Shown: positions 35,183 to 51,044 of the stretch, piece after piece
Layout: the number at the start of each line of letters is the position of its first letter
How positions within the stretch are numbered: the first letter of the stretch is position 1
Assembly (NCBI GenBank): GCA_038087875.1
Contig: CM075999.1
Location: 4,590,001 to 4,654,000, forward strand
Source: Malacoraja senta
Lineage: Eukaryota
DNA length: 64,000 bases
Direction: 5' to 3'
The notes under the pieces: model-generated
What the model was told of the DNA's origin: nothing
What the model saw: only the letters and a program-made list of their open reading frames with translations
Database searches by the model: none
Translations under genes and position numbers: made by a program

Positions 35183-38100
35183 TTACTGATTCTATATAAT
35201 TTTCTTGGGATGAAAAATAAAGATTGAGAATTTGTATGCACATATCAACTACCCAGAATTTTTTTTTTTTTTAATGCTGAATTCAAACACAAATAAGCTA
35301 GTGGACGTTTTACAAGCCAAAGTCCCTATTCTCTACCTTTAATTACAGGCTTTCCTTTTTCAGTTTACACATATTATCCATTGGTGGATAAACCCTCAGA
35401 GGAACATGATTTATTTGCACTAACTATTTAGAAATGGAAATAATTAAATACTGGTTTCAAGCAAATCCCACAAATTCTTATGGGGTGTATTCAAGCAACC
35501 AACAAGATGGCACAAACACACCTGACAGCACCTGGCTCGAAGGGTCGAATGGCCTACTCTTGCACCTATTGTCTATAGTACCGCTTTTGACAAGGCCCAC
35601 ATAGCTTAAAAAGTTAATGCACATGCGATCTGATTCATGTGGGCAAACAAGATCCAAAATGGGCTGGGTTTTTCCTCCAACTCAAAGTCTATAACAAGTG
35701 GTGCACTGCAGTTAATTGGTGCTGGTATTTTGTTGTTTACTGACTTGGATGAGAATGAAGGGGATAGGATTTGTAAATCCACAGACAAGAAAGTTGGTGG
35801 AGCCGAAGACAGCAAAGTCAATTGTCCAAAACAGAAAAAGATCATCTGGAAAGTTGGGCAAAGCAGTAGCAGTTGGAATTTATTCCATACAAGTGTGATG
35901 CAATATATTTTGGAAGGTCAAATATGTTGGGACAGAGACCTTTGGATGCAAATCCAAAGCTCTCTGAAAGTGGCGACGCAGCTGGATATGATAGTGAAAG
36001 GGGAATTCGGTATGCTCGTCTTCATAGGCCAGGGCACTGAATGCAAGAGTTGAAATGTCATGTTGCAGTTGTACAAACCACGACACTATAAGAAAGATGT
36101 GGTAACAATAGATAGTGTACAGAAGAGATTCATGAGGATGATGCCTGGAATGGATGATATTAGTTATAAGGGCAAATTGGACAGGCTCAATTTATTCCAG
36201 CTAGCACATACAGAGCCGAGGGATGATCTTCGAGGTTTATAAAATAATGAGAGCCATAGATGGGATAGGTACTAAGAATCTTTTGCCACAGCAGGAGAAT
36301 CTAGAACTAGACCGCACAGGTTTAAGGTGAGAGGAAAGAAATGTAAAGGTGATCTGGTAAATCTTTCCACGGGGCATGGTGAATATGTGGAATGAGCTGG
36401 CAGGGGAGGTAGATCCAATTACAACGTATTTGGACGGATGGGAAGGGCGTGGAGGGATACGGGAATAATGCTCGTGTGCACATAGGCATCATGGTCAACG
36501 CACTTCTCAAATTTCTCTGGCTCTGAAACATTCAGCACTCAGCCACAAGTAAGAAGTACATGCTGAATCTTGACTTCTTCCCGAGATCATCATTAAAGAA
36601 GCTGGATGTCATTTTACGATGCAAGGTACCACAAATGGATGAGCACTGGATTCATTAAAAAAACAACCAGAGGGATTAGTCAACATCCCAGGTATGGTAA
36701 TAATATCTGTGCTTCAGGACAACTTACAACTTCAGGCAAAATATTCAGAACATTTAAAAGACATTTGGACAGCTACATAGATAGGAAAGGTTTAGAGGGA
36801 TAGGGGCCAAATGTAGATAGGCGGCACAAGTGTAGATGGGGCATCTTGATCGGTATGAGCAAGTTAGGCCGAAGACCTGTTTCCGTGCTGTGTGACTCAA
36901 TAACAATTACAACAGTAACTATGTGGAAAATTGTCCAGGCGTGTAAGTAAAATTCACTATTTATCAATCAATTTCTTCTGAACAATCAACAAAGAGATGG
37001 AATGTGTTGTTGACAAGTGTTGTCAAAGGGCATTTACTTACCATTAACTAGACCACTCAGCTCCAACCCTTATCATAGCCCTGGTCCCATTATGGACTGA
37101 AAGCAATGAATTCCAGAGACAAGCACAGCGAATAACCTTGAAGTTAAGGCACCATTGGCCAAGTATGTATCAAAGTGACTTGTCAAACTGGAAGAGGAGC
37201 ATTAAAAAGGGAAAATACTCAAATCCTTGAAATCGTACCTCACTGTGGTTGCTGATGATCAAACATCCCAACTCCAGGTTATCATGCAGAAGCTCCTCAA
37301 GGTAGTTTCCTTGGCCCAACAATCTTCGCCTACTTCACAAATAACCTTCCTTTATTATAAGGTTGGGACTGAGGATGTTGGCTCAACATTCAAATCCAAA
37401 AAGTTAATTTCCATTTTAACTCTAATGATTAAACAGTTCATGTGAATGTGCAAAATAACCTAAATATTCAGGCACGAGCTGATGTGGCAAGAAACATACA
37501 TGCCAGAAAAGTGTCTAGGAATGCTCACTTCCAACAAGAGAGAGCATACCCATCTACTCTCCACATTAACATCACCAAGTGCATGCTATCAAAATACAGA
37601 GCCATAGATGAAAAGAACCTGGAAACAGACGCTTTGATCCCCACTTGCTTTTGCCGACCAAGATGCTCATCAAAGCTAGTCCAAACTGCCTGCTTTAGGC
37701 TCATGTCCCTCTAATCTTTTCCTAGCCATGTACCTGCCTAAATCTCATAAATGTTATTATAGTACCTGCTTTAACCACTTTCTCTGGCAGCTCATTCCAT
37801 ATATGCACTACCATCTGTGTGCCAAAACATGCCCTTCAGGTCCATTTAAAATATTATGGCAGGAATAGTTACAAAGATTAAAAGACATTTGGACAGATCA
37901 TGGACTCACAGCACAGATACAGGCCCTTCAGCCCAACCTATCCACGCTGCCTAAGATGCCCCTTCTAAGCTAGCCCCATTTGCCAATATTTGATCCATAT
38001 CACTCTAAACCTTTCCTACCTGTCCAAATAAATGTTGTTGCTGTATCTGCGTCAATCACTTCCTCTGGCAACTCATCCATATACATAACACTGTGAAAAT

Positions 38101-40369
38101 GCTCCTCCTCATGTTTTTATGAAATCTTCCCCCTCTCACCTGAAACCTATGTCCTCCAATTCTTGATTCCCCAAATGTGGATAAAGCTGTGTGTATCACT
38201 CTGTGTCCCTCATGATGTTATACACTTCTGTAAGATCACCCCTCAATCAGCGACACTACAAGGAATAAAGTCCTAGCCTGCTCAACCTCTTCCAATAGCT
38301 CAGGCGCTTGATTCCTTACATCATTACATTTTATTTTGCATTTTTTTCAGCATAATAGCAAGTCTTCGTGTAGCAGGGTTACCAAAACTGAACAGAATTC
38401 CCTTGGTGCGACCTCACCAACATCTTGTACAACTGCAACATAACGTCTCAATGTCCCTACTCAAGGCCTTGATGGATGACGAACAGCTTGCAAAAGCCTT
38501 CAAGGACAATTTCAACATTAAAGAAAACTGGAAAACAGACTGGGAGCAGCGACCTGCAGGTTAGGGAAGTAGGATACTTTTAAAAATGAAATAGTAATAG
38601 TTCAGGGCAAACATGGTCCTGCAAGGACAGGAAGTCCAGGGGTCCTTAGATATCTAGGGTTATCAAAGGTTTGATAAAGAGAAAAAAAGCAAAGGATATA
38701 TTTATTATAGAGGCAGGTCTGGGAGTGATTACAAAACGATTTGAGAGTAAAGAGGGTCACAAAATATAAATCGGGAGCATTGTTGTGTTACACGCATTCA
38801 TGACTTAGACACAAACACAGGAGCTGTTATTAATAAAGTTTGCTGACATCCCAAAATTAGATGTTTACTTAAGTTGCGCAAATACAATTTAATGTGTTTA
38901 GATGTGAAATTATTCAGTTTTTAAAAAAAGAATGACAGGTTAACAGATTGGTAAAAGGGAAGATGAGACCTGGTTTTCCTGCTGCGAGGGACAGTGGGAG
39001 AACAAAGGGGACCGGTGGTGGGAGGGGGGAGGGAGAAAATAGGCACTCTAGTTTTAGAATCCTCTGCCCAGGGAATAAGCCTGTATTTGTTTGTTTGTCC
39101 GTTCTGGTTAAGGCTGTGCACACGGCAGCCAGACAACAGTCGCGTGTCTTTTTCTTTTTTCCACTTTTAATTTAATTTTAATTTAAAGTTTTTGTGCACC
39201 TTGTGTGTTATGGCTGTTGGCAGACCAATTTCCCTCCGGGGATGAATAAAGTTCGATCGTATCGTAAGGAAACTTGGTAAGTTTGACTTATATTCACCAA
39301 GAATAGAGGATTGAGAAGAGATCTCACAGAAACCAATAAAATTCAAATGGGATGCTGTGCTAAAGTACTGACATGCAATTTGTCTGTGGAAAGTATAAAT
39401 TAAAACCAATGTTTTCCAAGTGTCAGGTCATCATAGTGTACACTATCTACAAAGTACACTAGTTATTTCTCCTAATTACCCAAACAGCATTTCCCATAAA
39501 GCAAAAATGTCAACAGCAACATGCACGTGGGAACACCGTATGCAGGATTCTTCCAAGCCCCTTATCACTCTGACTAAGAAATATAATTGTTGGCCCTCCA
39601 ATGCAGCTCTAAATCCTGAAATACTTATATATAAAAAGTATAATAACAAAAATGTTGTTGCAGAGAACACCAAAATGAATTTATGAATCTGTGTTACAAA
39701 AAAATGTTTTTTTTCAAGATCTGAGATGATATACTCCAAATTGTGTGCAGACCCAGAGAGACACCAATTAGAATACTGCGCACAGATCCGAGAAGAATAT
39801 AATTATTATAGTGAGAATCTTTCAGATAGAGGGAAAAATAAAAAGAGGCTACAACTGAACTGTGTACAAAATTATGAAGGATTACAATGAGAAACAAAGT
39901 AAGGACATTTTCTCTGTGGGGTCGAAAACCAGGGGACATATATTTCAAGTAAATGAAAATGTTAAAAAAATACTGGAAATACCTGCTAGGTTTATCTAGA
40001 ATTTTCTGTTTCTGTTACGGATTTCAAGCAGTTAGTCAAAGATTAGAAGGGAAGTCGAGGAAAAAAGGCTGACACTGACAGTGGCAGAGTTCTGGATTTC
40101 ACAGCCTGATAGGGCGATTGAGGTATAAATTTATAAAAAGCCTGGAATCTGTACTATGTTTAATGACTATTAAAGGCCTCTTGCTGGAAGGTGGAATTAA
40201 GAGATAATCTCTTTTTCAACTCAGAGACAACAGGCCACAAGCACTCCTGTGTCTTAAACTATTCATCATTATCTTGAGGCAAAGATTAATGAACCAGAAA
40301 CAAAAGTCTGAATCTCACCATTACAAGTGGGTAACATAAAATAATTAAAGATGGACTATCAATAAAAGT

Positions 40370-40875
40370 AGTCCGCCAGGACCCATCTGATCAACCGGTT
40401 GCTAAACACTTTCATTCTCCTTCCCATTCCCACGTTAACCTTACTGTTCTAGGTCTCCTCCACTGTCAGAGTGAGGCTAAACACAAATTGGAGGAACAGC
40501 ATCTCATATTTGGCTTGGGCAGCTTAAATTGATAAGTGGCATGATAATTGATTTCTCTAACATCAAGTAACCCCAGCATTCCCTCTCTCCATCTCTCCCC
40601 CACCCAAGTCGCACCAGCTTCTGGTTTTCATCCAATAAACAGCTCACAATGGCCCGTTTCCTTTCTCATCGTTGCTTTTTTGCATATCTTTAATTCATTA
40701 TTCTATCTCTCAACATCGTCTATATCTCTCCTTTCCCTTTCCCCTGATTAGTCTGAAGGGTCTCGACCCGAAAAGTCACCCATTCCTTCTCTCCAGAGAT
40801 GCTGCCTGTCCCGCTGAGTTACTCCAGCTTTATGTGTCTATCTTCGGTCTAAACCAGCATCTGCAGTTCCTTCAA
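40370..40875 (+). mobile_element. Penelope-like element 3' end: end of ORF plus pseudo-LTR with a hammerhead remnant
   Basis: PVAKHFHSPSHSHVNLTVLGLLHCQSEAKHKLEEQHLIFGLGSL (PLE C-terminus), then gtctgaagggtctcgacccgaaaagtcacccattcc at 40751 and the same tail as the short inserts. Confidence 0.8.
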
Positions 40876-41758
40876 ATATAGTAAATATGAAACCAGTGAA
40901 GCGTAAAATTCAGTTTACAACTCCTTTCTGCAAAGCAAACTTGCTGCCCTTATCTGGTCTGGCTTATGTGTAATTCCAGATCAAAACAGCATAAATAACT
41001 GAACTAGCCAAGCAAGCCACTACAATGTGCAAAACCACAATGACAACATACCCAACACAAAGGATAGCTACAATTGTCATAAGAAAATTATCAGTCTCGC
41101 TACAGTGCTGTTAGATGTCATCATGGGCTTACTCAAGAACGAGTCATGAACACCACTGTCCTAAATCCAATCACATTTGATTGCTTCATTTACATCTTGC
41201 CACCCAAATAAGGTCAGAAATGGAGATGTGAATAATTTCAAAATTTGCAACTCATCAGATAATGAATCCATATATGGATGCTTATCTCCAAATGTAATAA
41301 TCTCAATGTCGATCAAGGAAGCAAAAGAAAAGGAACTTTCATTCCCGGCTCTCAGACACAGACTTGCTGACTGTTTACACAAATGGAATAGACAAGCAAA
41401 GATTAAGCTGCACCCGACATAAATTTATATGGTTATACAGCACAGAAACAGACCCTTTCGTCCATGCCAATCAAGATGCTTAAGCTCACTCCCTTTACCT
41501 GTGACTGGTCCATAACCCGCTAAAGTTTTCCTATACATGAACCTGTCCAAATGTTTTTAAAAATTGTAATTGCCATCAACACCACTCCCAGCTGACTACC
41601 AATAAGCATCAAAGCTAGAAAATACATCGCAAAGCATCCTGACTTGTATATAACATTATAGATTGATTTGCAAAATAAAACAAGCTATGTGCAAGTCAAG
41701 ATCCTAAAGTTATACATTCAATTTCCTTTTGGTATTTAAGACAACTTGTGAATCATTA

Positions 41759-42193
<435 letters not shown>

Positions 42194-42761
42194 CTATGAT
42201 AATTCATTACGAAGACGGATCCGAAGAAGGGCGTCGACCCGAAACGTCACCCATTCCTTCTCTCCAGAGATGCTGTCTGTCCCGCTGAATTACTCCAGCA
42301 TGGTGTCCATGTATCATAATTAATTGCTGCATTTCTTACTGACAAATATGCATTCTTTTTTAATGAGTCAGAAGATCACTCAGCACTTCTTCAGGATAAG
42401 AAAAAGGTAAGAGAAACCCCGTCAGGAAAGGTCAGAGGATTTGAGTTGGGAGACCAAGAAGGGGAAGGTGAAATTCTACTGCTTCTCCGTAAATAAAGAA
42501 GAGTTCAATATTTTAGAAAGCTTGATAGTGAATAATCTCCCAGGGCCGGAAGAAATTTATCACAGGCTATGAGCAGCGGAAAGTGAAGAGTTTGCTTTAG
42601 CTCTAGCTAAGATTTAAAAAATTTTGCTGACCACAAATGTACCAGACAGCAGGAAGAGACGAGAAATGCCATCTGTCTTTTCAAGAGGGCAGGAGGGATA
42701 AGCCTGGCAGTGACAGACCTACCAATCACATTTTTCAGTATTTGGACCAGTCTACTGTGCT

Positions 42762-44220
42762 TTGGTGACTGGATACTTAAATAATGTTGTTCCATTGTTT
42801 AAAAGGGGTTCTAAGAGTAAACCTAGCAATTATAGACCTGTTAGTTTGACGTTAGTGGTGGGCAAATTAATGGAAAGGATACTTAGAGATAATATATATA
42901 ATCATCTGGATAAACAGGGTCTGATTAGGAACAGTCAACATGGATTTGTGCCTGGAAGGTCATGTTTGACTAATCTTGAATTTTTTGAAAAGAGGTTACT
43001 AGGGAAATTGATGAGGGTAAAGCTGTGGATGTTGTCTATATGGACTTCAGTAAGGCCTTTGACAAGGTTCCACATGGAAGGTTGGTTAAGAAGGTGCAAT
43101 TGTTGGGTATTAATAGTGCAGTAGCAAGATGGATTCAACAGTGGCTGAATGGGAGATACCAGAAAGTAATGGTGGATAACTGTTTGTCAGGTTGGAGGCC
43201 GGTGACTAGTGGGGTGCCTCAGGGATCTGTGTTGGGTCCACTGTTGTTTGTCATATACATCAATGATCTGGATGATGTTGTGGTAAATTGGATTAGTAAG
43301 TATGCAGATGATACTAAGATAGGTGGTGTTGCGGATAATGAAGTAGATTTTCAAAGTCTACAGAGAGATTCAGGCCATTTGGAAGAGTGGGCTGAAAGAT
43401 GGCAGATGGAGTTTAATGCTGATAAGTGTGAGGTGCTACATCTTGGCAGGACAAATCAAAATAGGACGTACATGGTAAATGGTAGCGAATTGAGGAATGC
43501 AGTTGAACAGAGGGATCTAGGAATATCTGTGCATAGTTCCCTGAAGGTGGAATCTCATGTGGATAGGGTGGTAAAGAAAGCTTTTGGTGTGCTGGCCTTT
43601 ATAAATCAGAGCATTGAGTATAGAAGTTGGGATGTAATGTTAAAATTGTATAAGGCATTGGTGAGGCCAATTCTGGAATATGGTGTACAAATTTGGTCGC
43701 CAAATTATAGGAAAGAGGTCAACAAAATAGAGGGAGTACTGAGGAGATTTACTAGAATGTTGCCTAGGTTTCAGCACCTAAGTTACAGAGAAAGGTTGAA
43801 CAAGATAGGTCTTTATTCTTTGGAGCGCAGAAGATTAAGGGGGGACTTGAAAGAGGTCTTTATAATTATGAGAGGGATAGACAGAGTTGACGTGGATAAG
43901 CTTTTTCCATTGAGAGTAGGGGAGATTCAAACAAGAGGACATGATTTGAGAATTAAGGGACAAAAGTTTAGGGGTAACATGAGGGGGAACTTCTTTACTC
44001 AGAGAGTGGTAGCTGTGTGGAATGAGTTTCCAGTGGAAGTGGTGGAGGCAGGTTCGATTTTAGCAATTAAAAATAAATTGGATAGGTATATGGACGGGAA
44101 AGGAATGGAGGGTTATGGTCTGAGTGCAGGTAGATGGGACTAGGTGAAAGTAAGTGTTCGGCAAGGACTAGAAGGGCCGAGATGGCCTGTTTCCTTGCTG
44201 TAATTGTTATATGGTTATAT
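42762..44220 (+). mobile_element. Young 5'-truncated CR1 LINE, RT domain to 3' tail
   Basis: NYRPVSLT, QHGFVPGRSCLTNL, one frameshift, then a 372-aa ORF (43025-44143) with YMDFSKAFDKV, GVPQGSVLGPLLF and YADD; tail ttatatggttatat. Confidence 0.92.
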
Positions 44221-47200
44221 TGCAGGAAATCTCCACTAAGGGAGTGTTTTCCATAGCATAACCACCCTCTGGGTGAAAACAATTCATCAGATTACTTCTA
44301 AACTACTATCCCTCACCTTCAACCTATTCTTTGGCTTTTGTACACCTCTGCTATGGGGAAAGAAAATGTCTTATTTTTTACACCTTTGTCAGATTCTTCA
44401 TCAGACAACTCTGCTCCATGGAAAACAAGCCCAGCTCATCCATCCCTGGCAACACCTTGGTGAAATTTCTCTGCATCATCTCCAGTGCAATCACATTCTT
44501 CCTGTAGTGTGCCAGTATTCTTTCTGCGGCCTAATCCATATTTTATAATGTTGGACTATAGCCTCCATTGTGCCCTGTATATCCTGTGCACCATGTTAAA
44601 TATCTTACTCACCTGTTCTGCCACCTTGTACACCAAGGATCCTCTGGTTTCTGGTCCTCAATATTCCCTCGAGAATTACCATTCATTATCTATTCCAAAG
44701 CCAAATTAGTTCTTCCCAATGTGAATAATATCACTCATGAGAATTAAATTCCACCTTCCATTACTCTGCCATCTTACGAACTTACCACTATCATCATAGT
44801 GAAATATGGCATGAAACAGTCCCCACCAACCATCATTCACACTAATGTTTAAGAAGGAACTGCAGATGCTGGAAAATCGAAGGTAGACAAAAATGCTGTA
44901 GAAACTCAGCAGGTGAGGTAGCATCTATGGAGCGAAGGAAATAGGCAACGTTTCGGGCCGAAGCCCTTTTACAGACTGACGGATTTTGGCCCGAAACATT
45001 GTCTATTTCCTTCGCTCCATAGATGATGCCTCACCTGCTGAGTTTCTCCAGCATTTTTTTCTATCCTCATTCACACTAAACTTATTTTATTCAACTGACA
45101 TTTGAGATTGGCTTGGGTGGGGCATCTTAGTCGGCATGGACAAGTTGAACCAGACCTTGTGGGAAGCTGGGGAGGCAACTGAGGAGGCCCTTGCAGCAAT
45201 ATTTGCATAATCCTTAGCCACAGGTCCCTTAAGCAAAATGTACTGTTATTAAAGAAAGCCAGCAAGGACAAGACAGGGAGCTACAGGCATCGGCCTTGAC
45301 ATCAGAGTGGATTCTTAGGGTCAGAATTTCCCAACATTTGGATAGGAACGGACAGATTAGAAATAGTCAGCATGGCTTTGTGCATGGGAAATGGTGTCCA
45401 CAAATCTGATAGGTATATTTTAAGAGGTCACCAAGATGACTGATAAAGGCAGGGCAGTGGATGTTATCTATGTGGACATGAGCAAGTCCTTTGACAATGT
45501 CCCAGATCTGGAACAATAAGAGCTCATGGAATCTTAGGTAAGCTAGCCAATTGGATTCAAAACTGGCTTGGAGGAAGTAGAGCTGTGCAGGGTTGTTTCT
45601 CCGATTGGAGGCGTGTGACCAGTGGAATGTCACTGGGGCCAGTGCCAGATCCACTGCTGTTTGTTACCTACATTAATGAATTGGATGATAATAATATAGT
45701 TAACATTGTTAGTAAATTTGCAGATTAAACCAAAAATGGTGGTATGCCTAGTTTGGGACATCAAACCAGTATTGAATGTAGAATTTGAGATAGAAACAGA
45801 GAAAATAGGTCCAGAAGTAGGCCATTTGGCCCCTCTGGGATGATCTTATAGAGGTGCATAAAAACATGAGGTTAACCAATTGAATTAATGAAGAGTTTTT
45901 TTCCCCCAAGGTAGGGGAATCAAGAACTTTTGAGTTTTAAGATGGGAGAGGAAAGGTTTAATGGGAAGCTGAGGGACAACTTTTAATGCATAGTGGTGGG
46001 TATATTTGAACACATACATGGATAGGAATGGTTTACAGTGATATAGGTCAAATGTGGGTAAATTGGACTCACTTGGCTGGCACAGACAAGTTGGGTCAAA
46101 GGGTCTATTTCCGTGGAATATGGCACTATGACATGGGCAAAAACAAATACTGGAAGAATTCATTTCTCGCCACAGATGCTGCCTGATTCCGAGTTTCTCC
46201 ACCAGTTTGCATTTGTCTCAAGATTGCAGCATCTGCAGTCTCTCGTGTCTCCATTAGAACATCTGGGAGTTGGAATACATTCTCACATGGACTGAGCATT
46301 GGTTAACAGTCAGTCAGAATTAAATCATCCAAGCGAATAGGGCGTTAAGATGTAATGCAAGAGGCACGGGGTATGGAGGGGATCCGAGGGGGGATTTTTC
46401 CCCACACAGAATGGTCATAATCTGGGATGCACTGACTGAGGAGGTGGGTGACGCAGAGACTCGCACGATATTTAAAGGGATCGAGACATACAATTGATTC
46501 ACAAAGGAAGAGAAGGCTATGGTCCTAATGTGGGCAAAATGGATGAGTAGAGATGGGTCCAATGGTCAGAATGGACATGGTGGGCCAAAGTCCTGTTTCT
46601 AGTTTAGTTTATTGTTACATGTACCGAGGTACAGTATAAAGCTTTTTGTTGCGTGTTAAACAGTCAGCGGATAGATTATACGTGATTACAATCAAGCTGT
46701 CCAGTGTAGATACACAATAAAGGAAATAACACTGGTGCAAGATAAAGTCCAGTAAAGTCCGATTAAAGATAGTCCCAAGCTCCATTGAGGTTGATAGTAG
46801 CTCAGGAGTGCTCTCTAGTTGTTGAACATCTCCAGGTTTGCGGATAACACAAAGCTGGGTGGCAGTGTGAACTGCGAAGAGGATGCTATGAGGCTGCAGG
46901 GCGACTTGGATTTTGGATGATCAGCCATAATCATATAGAATGGCAGTGCTGGCTTGAAGAGACGATTGGCCTACTCTTGCACCTATTTTCTATGTTTCTA
47001 TGAAAGGATGGTCCAGTTGCCTGATAACAGCTGGGAAGAAACTGTCCCTGAATCTGGAGGGTACGAGCATTCACACTTCTGTACCTCTCGCCCGACGGGA
47101 GAGGGGAAAAGAGGGAGTGATCTGGGAGAGACGCTAAGATTCACTTTAGCGTTGAGAGGCTGTGATGAGTAGGGTGACTTAGGGATCAGTGCTGAGACTC

Positions 47201-48521
47201 CAGTGTTCATAAATTATCTCAATGATTTGGATGAGGAGACAAAAGTAATATATCCAGGATGGGTCTGAAGAAGTGCCTCTTTCCTGCGCTCCATAGATAC
47301 TGCCTCACCCGCTGAGTTTCTCCAGCATTTTTGTCTACCTTCTAATATATCTAGGACCAGTGATGATAGTCAACTGGGTAGTAGCATGACTGAAGGCGAA
47401 TTGGCAGGGATACAGAATTGCAAAGGTCCAGGATGGGATCAAAGCTATTATTATCTCATGGATTGGTAGCAACACAGAAGAATATCAAATAGTATCAGAG
47501 TTATGCAGCACAGAAACAAGCCCTTCAACTGAACTCCAAGATGTCTAGCTCAGCCAGTCTCATTGCCTACATTTAGCCCATATCACTCTAAACCTTCATT
47601 ATCCATGCACCTTTTCTATCCATGTCTAAATGTCTTTTAAACATCGTAATTAACATTTGAACCATTCCAAATATTTGATGGTCTGCACTAAAATAAGCCT
47701 ACTAAAAAAAACTATTAAAAATTGAAGAAACAAAATTAGGAAGCAAATTAAGAATTCAAAATCTTTTCAACGTCAGCAATTACTGTAAACCCTTGTTATA
47801 ATGGACCATGGGAGAGGGGGGAGATGGTGTCCGTTATCGTCCATTGATTGTCTGTATAACAGAGAGATCACCACTTCACAAATGCACGAGCAACACCAAA
47901 TGTTTGACATAGCAGATCGGAACTATTTAACACATGAGTAAAGGGTGAACCATGGTATGGTAGAGCTGCAACATCATTCTTATATCCTTGCACTCAAGTT
48001 TTCAAGACAAAAGATAACATTCCATAAGTCTTTTTGATTTTTTTTCTTCCTGTCCAAGCCATTTTAATGATGGGCCTCACTCAAAATGAATCTTGGAACA
48101 AACTATTTTTCTCAACGAAACACAAAGTGCTCGAGGGACTCAGTGGGTCACGCAGCATCTGTGGAGGGAACTGACAAACGACATTTTGGGTCTGAAGAAG
48201 AGTCCTGACCTGAAACTTCGTCAATCCATTCCCTCCCTAGATGCTGCCTGACCCAAGTTCCTCCAGCACTTGGTGTTTTGCTCAAGATTGCAGCATCTGC
48301 AGTTTATTTTGTCTCTATTCTTCTCAACCCCTGTTTTAGATATTCAATTCCAAAAATCAAATTTCCAGTTACCTCATTGTCCTTGTCCCACTAAATTGTT
48401 TTTAACCAAGAGCATCTTCAAGCATAAGAAATGCTCTTTGAATTCCCATTTAAATGTTCGATTATACTAAATAAAGTTATTTTTCATAAACAATTGAAAG
48501 TCTTTGGAAGTTGGCAACTTA

Positions 48522-48725
<204 letters not shown>

Positions 48726-49284
48726 TCAAAAGTAATACATTGAAAACTGGTTCGATATAAAATTGCTATTTTTGGTTCTTCTTCATTGAGGTAAAACGCT
48801 ACCAATCTTAATCTGCATTTCTATATTTAGATTATCTCAGTTTCACATCTTCAGATAATTGAAGATTTCAGTTTAGAATAGATTATTCTAAATACAGAGT
48901 TTGTGATATTTACAAGAAACAAGCCTTATTTGATTAGGCGGATCTAAACAAACTTCCTTTGAATTTGAATTATTGAATCATATTGCTTGACCTTGGTAAT
49001 TCAAAGAAAGGTGACGGTATGCAAGGTGGTCATTCAGTCAATTAAGTCAATACTGCCTCTATGCAAGTGGAATCCAGCGAGTTCTCCTGCCAATTCCCAT
49101 GGCACAACAAATGCTTTCCGATCAACTACTCATTCTACGACCTTTTCAATGCTACAATGGAATCTGCCTACATCATTACCCCTGAAATGCATTTCAAACA
49201 TCAATCCATTGGTACCAACGACATTGGTATCAACAGAAAATAGTCCTGCAAAGTTTGATATGTTTGTTAAATAGTAAAACATAG

Positions 49285-50120
49285 GACATAAGGTCATGTG
49301 ATAGGAGCAGAATTAGGCCTTTTGGCCCATCAAGTCTACTCCGCCATTAATCATGGCTGGTCTATCTCTCCTTCTTAACTCAATTCTCCTGCCTTCTCCC
49401 CATAACCCCCGACACCTATACTAATCAAGAATCTATCTATCTCTGCCATAAAAATATCAATTGACCTGGCTTTCACACCCTTGTGGCAAAGAATCCCAAA
49501 GATTCACCACACTGACTAAAGAAATTCCTCTTCATATCCTACCTAAAGGAACGTTGTTTAATTCTGAGGCTATGACCTCTGATCCTAGACAATCCCACTA
49601 GTGGAAGCAACCTCTCCACATCCACTCGATCCAAGCCTTTCACTAATCAGCAAGTTTCAATGAGGACCCCCTCATCCTTCTAAACTCCAGTGAGTACAGG
49701 CCCAGTGCCTTCAAACGCTCATCATATGTTAACCCAATCATTCCTGGGATCATTCTTGTAAACCTCTCCAGAGACAGCACATCGTTCCTCAGATATGTGG
49801 CCCAAAATTGCTGACAATACTCCAAATGCAGACTGACCAGCACCTTATAGAGCCTCAGTATTACATACCTGTTTTTGTATTCTAGTTCTCTTGAAATAAA
49901 TGCTAGCATTGAGTTTGCCTTCCTAAGTACCGATTCGACTGGCAAATTAACTTTTTGGGATTCATGCATCTGCACTCCCAGTCCCTTTGCACCTCCAATT
50001 TCTGGATTCTCTCCCCATTTAGAAAATAGTCCACACCTTTATTCCTACTACCAAAATGCACGACTCCACACTTTGCTACACTGTATTCCATCTGCCACTT
50101 CTCTGCCCACTCTCCCAACA
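49285..50120 (-). mobile_element. CR1 3' fragment
   Basis: KANSMLAFISRELEYK...HLEYCQQFW...GLYSLEFRRMRG plus CR1 tail. Confidence 0.8.
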
Positions 50121-51044
50121 TTCAGCTTGTAATTTCAGGATCTTGGCATGCTGGGCTTCATCAGTCAGGGAATTGATAATAGAAGTTGGGACATTAAGTT
50201 ACAGTTGTGCAAAACGTCAGTGAGGCTTAACTTGGAGTACTATGTTCACTTGTCCCCACTATAGGAAGATGCCATTAAGCTAGAAAAAAGTTCAGAGAAG
50301 AGTTACGAGGATGGTGTCAGAACTCTGAGCTCTCAGTAGATATTGGGCAGCCTAGGACTTTATAGGGACGTTTTGGTCAGCTTGAATGAGTTGAACCAAA
50401 GAGTTTATTTCCATGCTGTATAACACTGTAGCTTCTAATTTTTGACATTTCGTCCCCGGGAAAAAGGTTCTCACTGTCTACCCTATCTATGCCTCTCATA
50501 ATTTTATACACTTCTATCAGGCCTCCCCTCCACCTCTGATGTTCCTCACAAAATAAACCAAGACTGTTGGACCTCTCTTGATTGCTAATACCCTCTAATG
50601 CAACACCATTCAAATAAACATCTTCTGTACCCTCTCTGAAGCATACATATCCTTTCTGCTAAGGGGCAATCAGACTTGCACGATACTTTGAGGCCAAACC
50701 AAAGTTGAAACATGACTTTCTAACTTAAATTCAATGCCTCGTCAGATGAAGACAAGCATACCGCACACCTTCATTATCACTCAACTTGTGTTGCCACTTT
50801 CAGGAAGCAAATGACCTGGACCAAGATCCCTTTTTACATCAATGCTGCCCTGCCATTAACTGCATACCTTCCCCTTACATTTGACATCGCTAAGTGCAAC
50901 ACCTCACACTTGTTGGGGTTTATCATAGATATGCAGGGAATGGAGGAATACGGATCATGTACAGGCAGATGAGATTAGTACATCTTGGCATTATGTTAAG
51001 CAAACATTGTGAGATGAATGGGGCTGTTCTTGTGCTGTACTTTT

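Noticed and set aside
41161..41422. Short ORFs on both strands in TMEM39B intron 6
   Set aside because: No recognisable domain or supported splice context.
47783..47860. Possible MITE terminal repeat (tactgtaaacccttgttataatggacc; similar sequence at 19491)
   Set aside because: No matching second end or TSD could be identified.
48987..49274. 95-aa ORF near TMEM39B exon 5
   Set aside because: The minus strand resembles a very decayed CR1 3' end.
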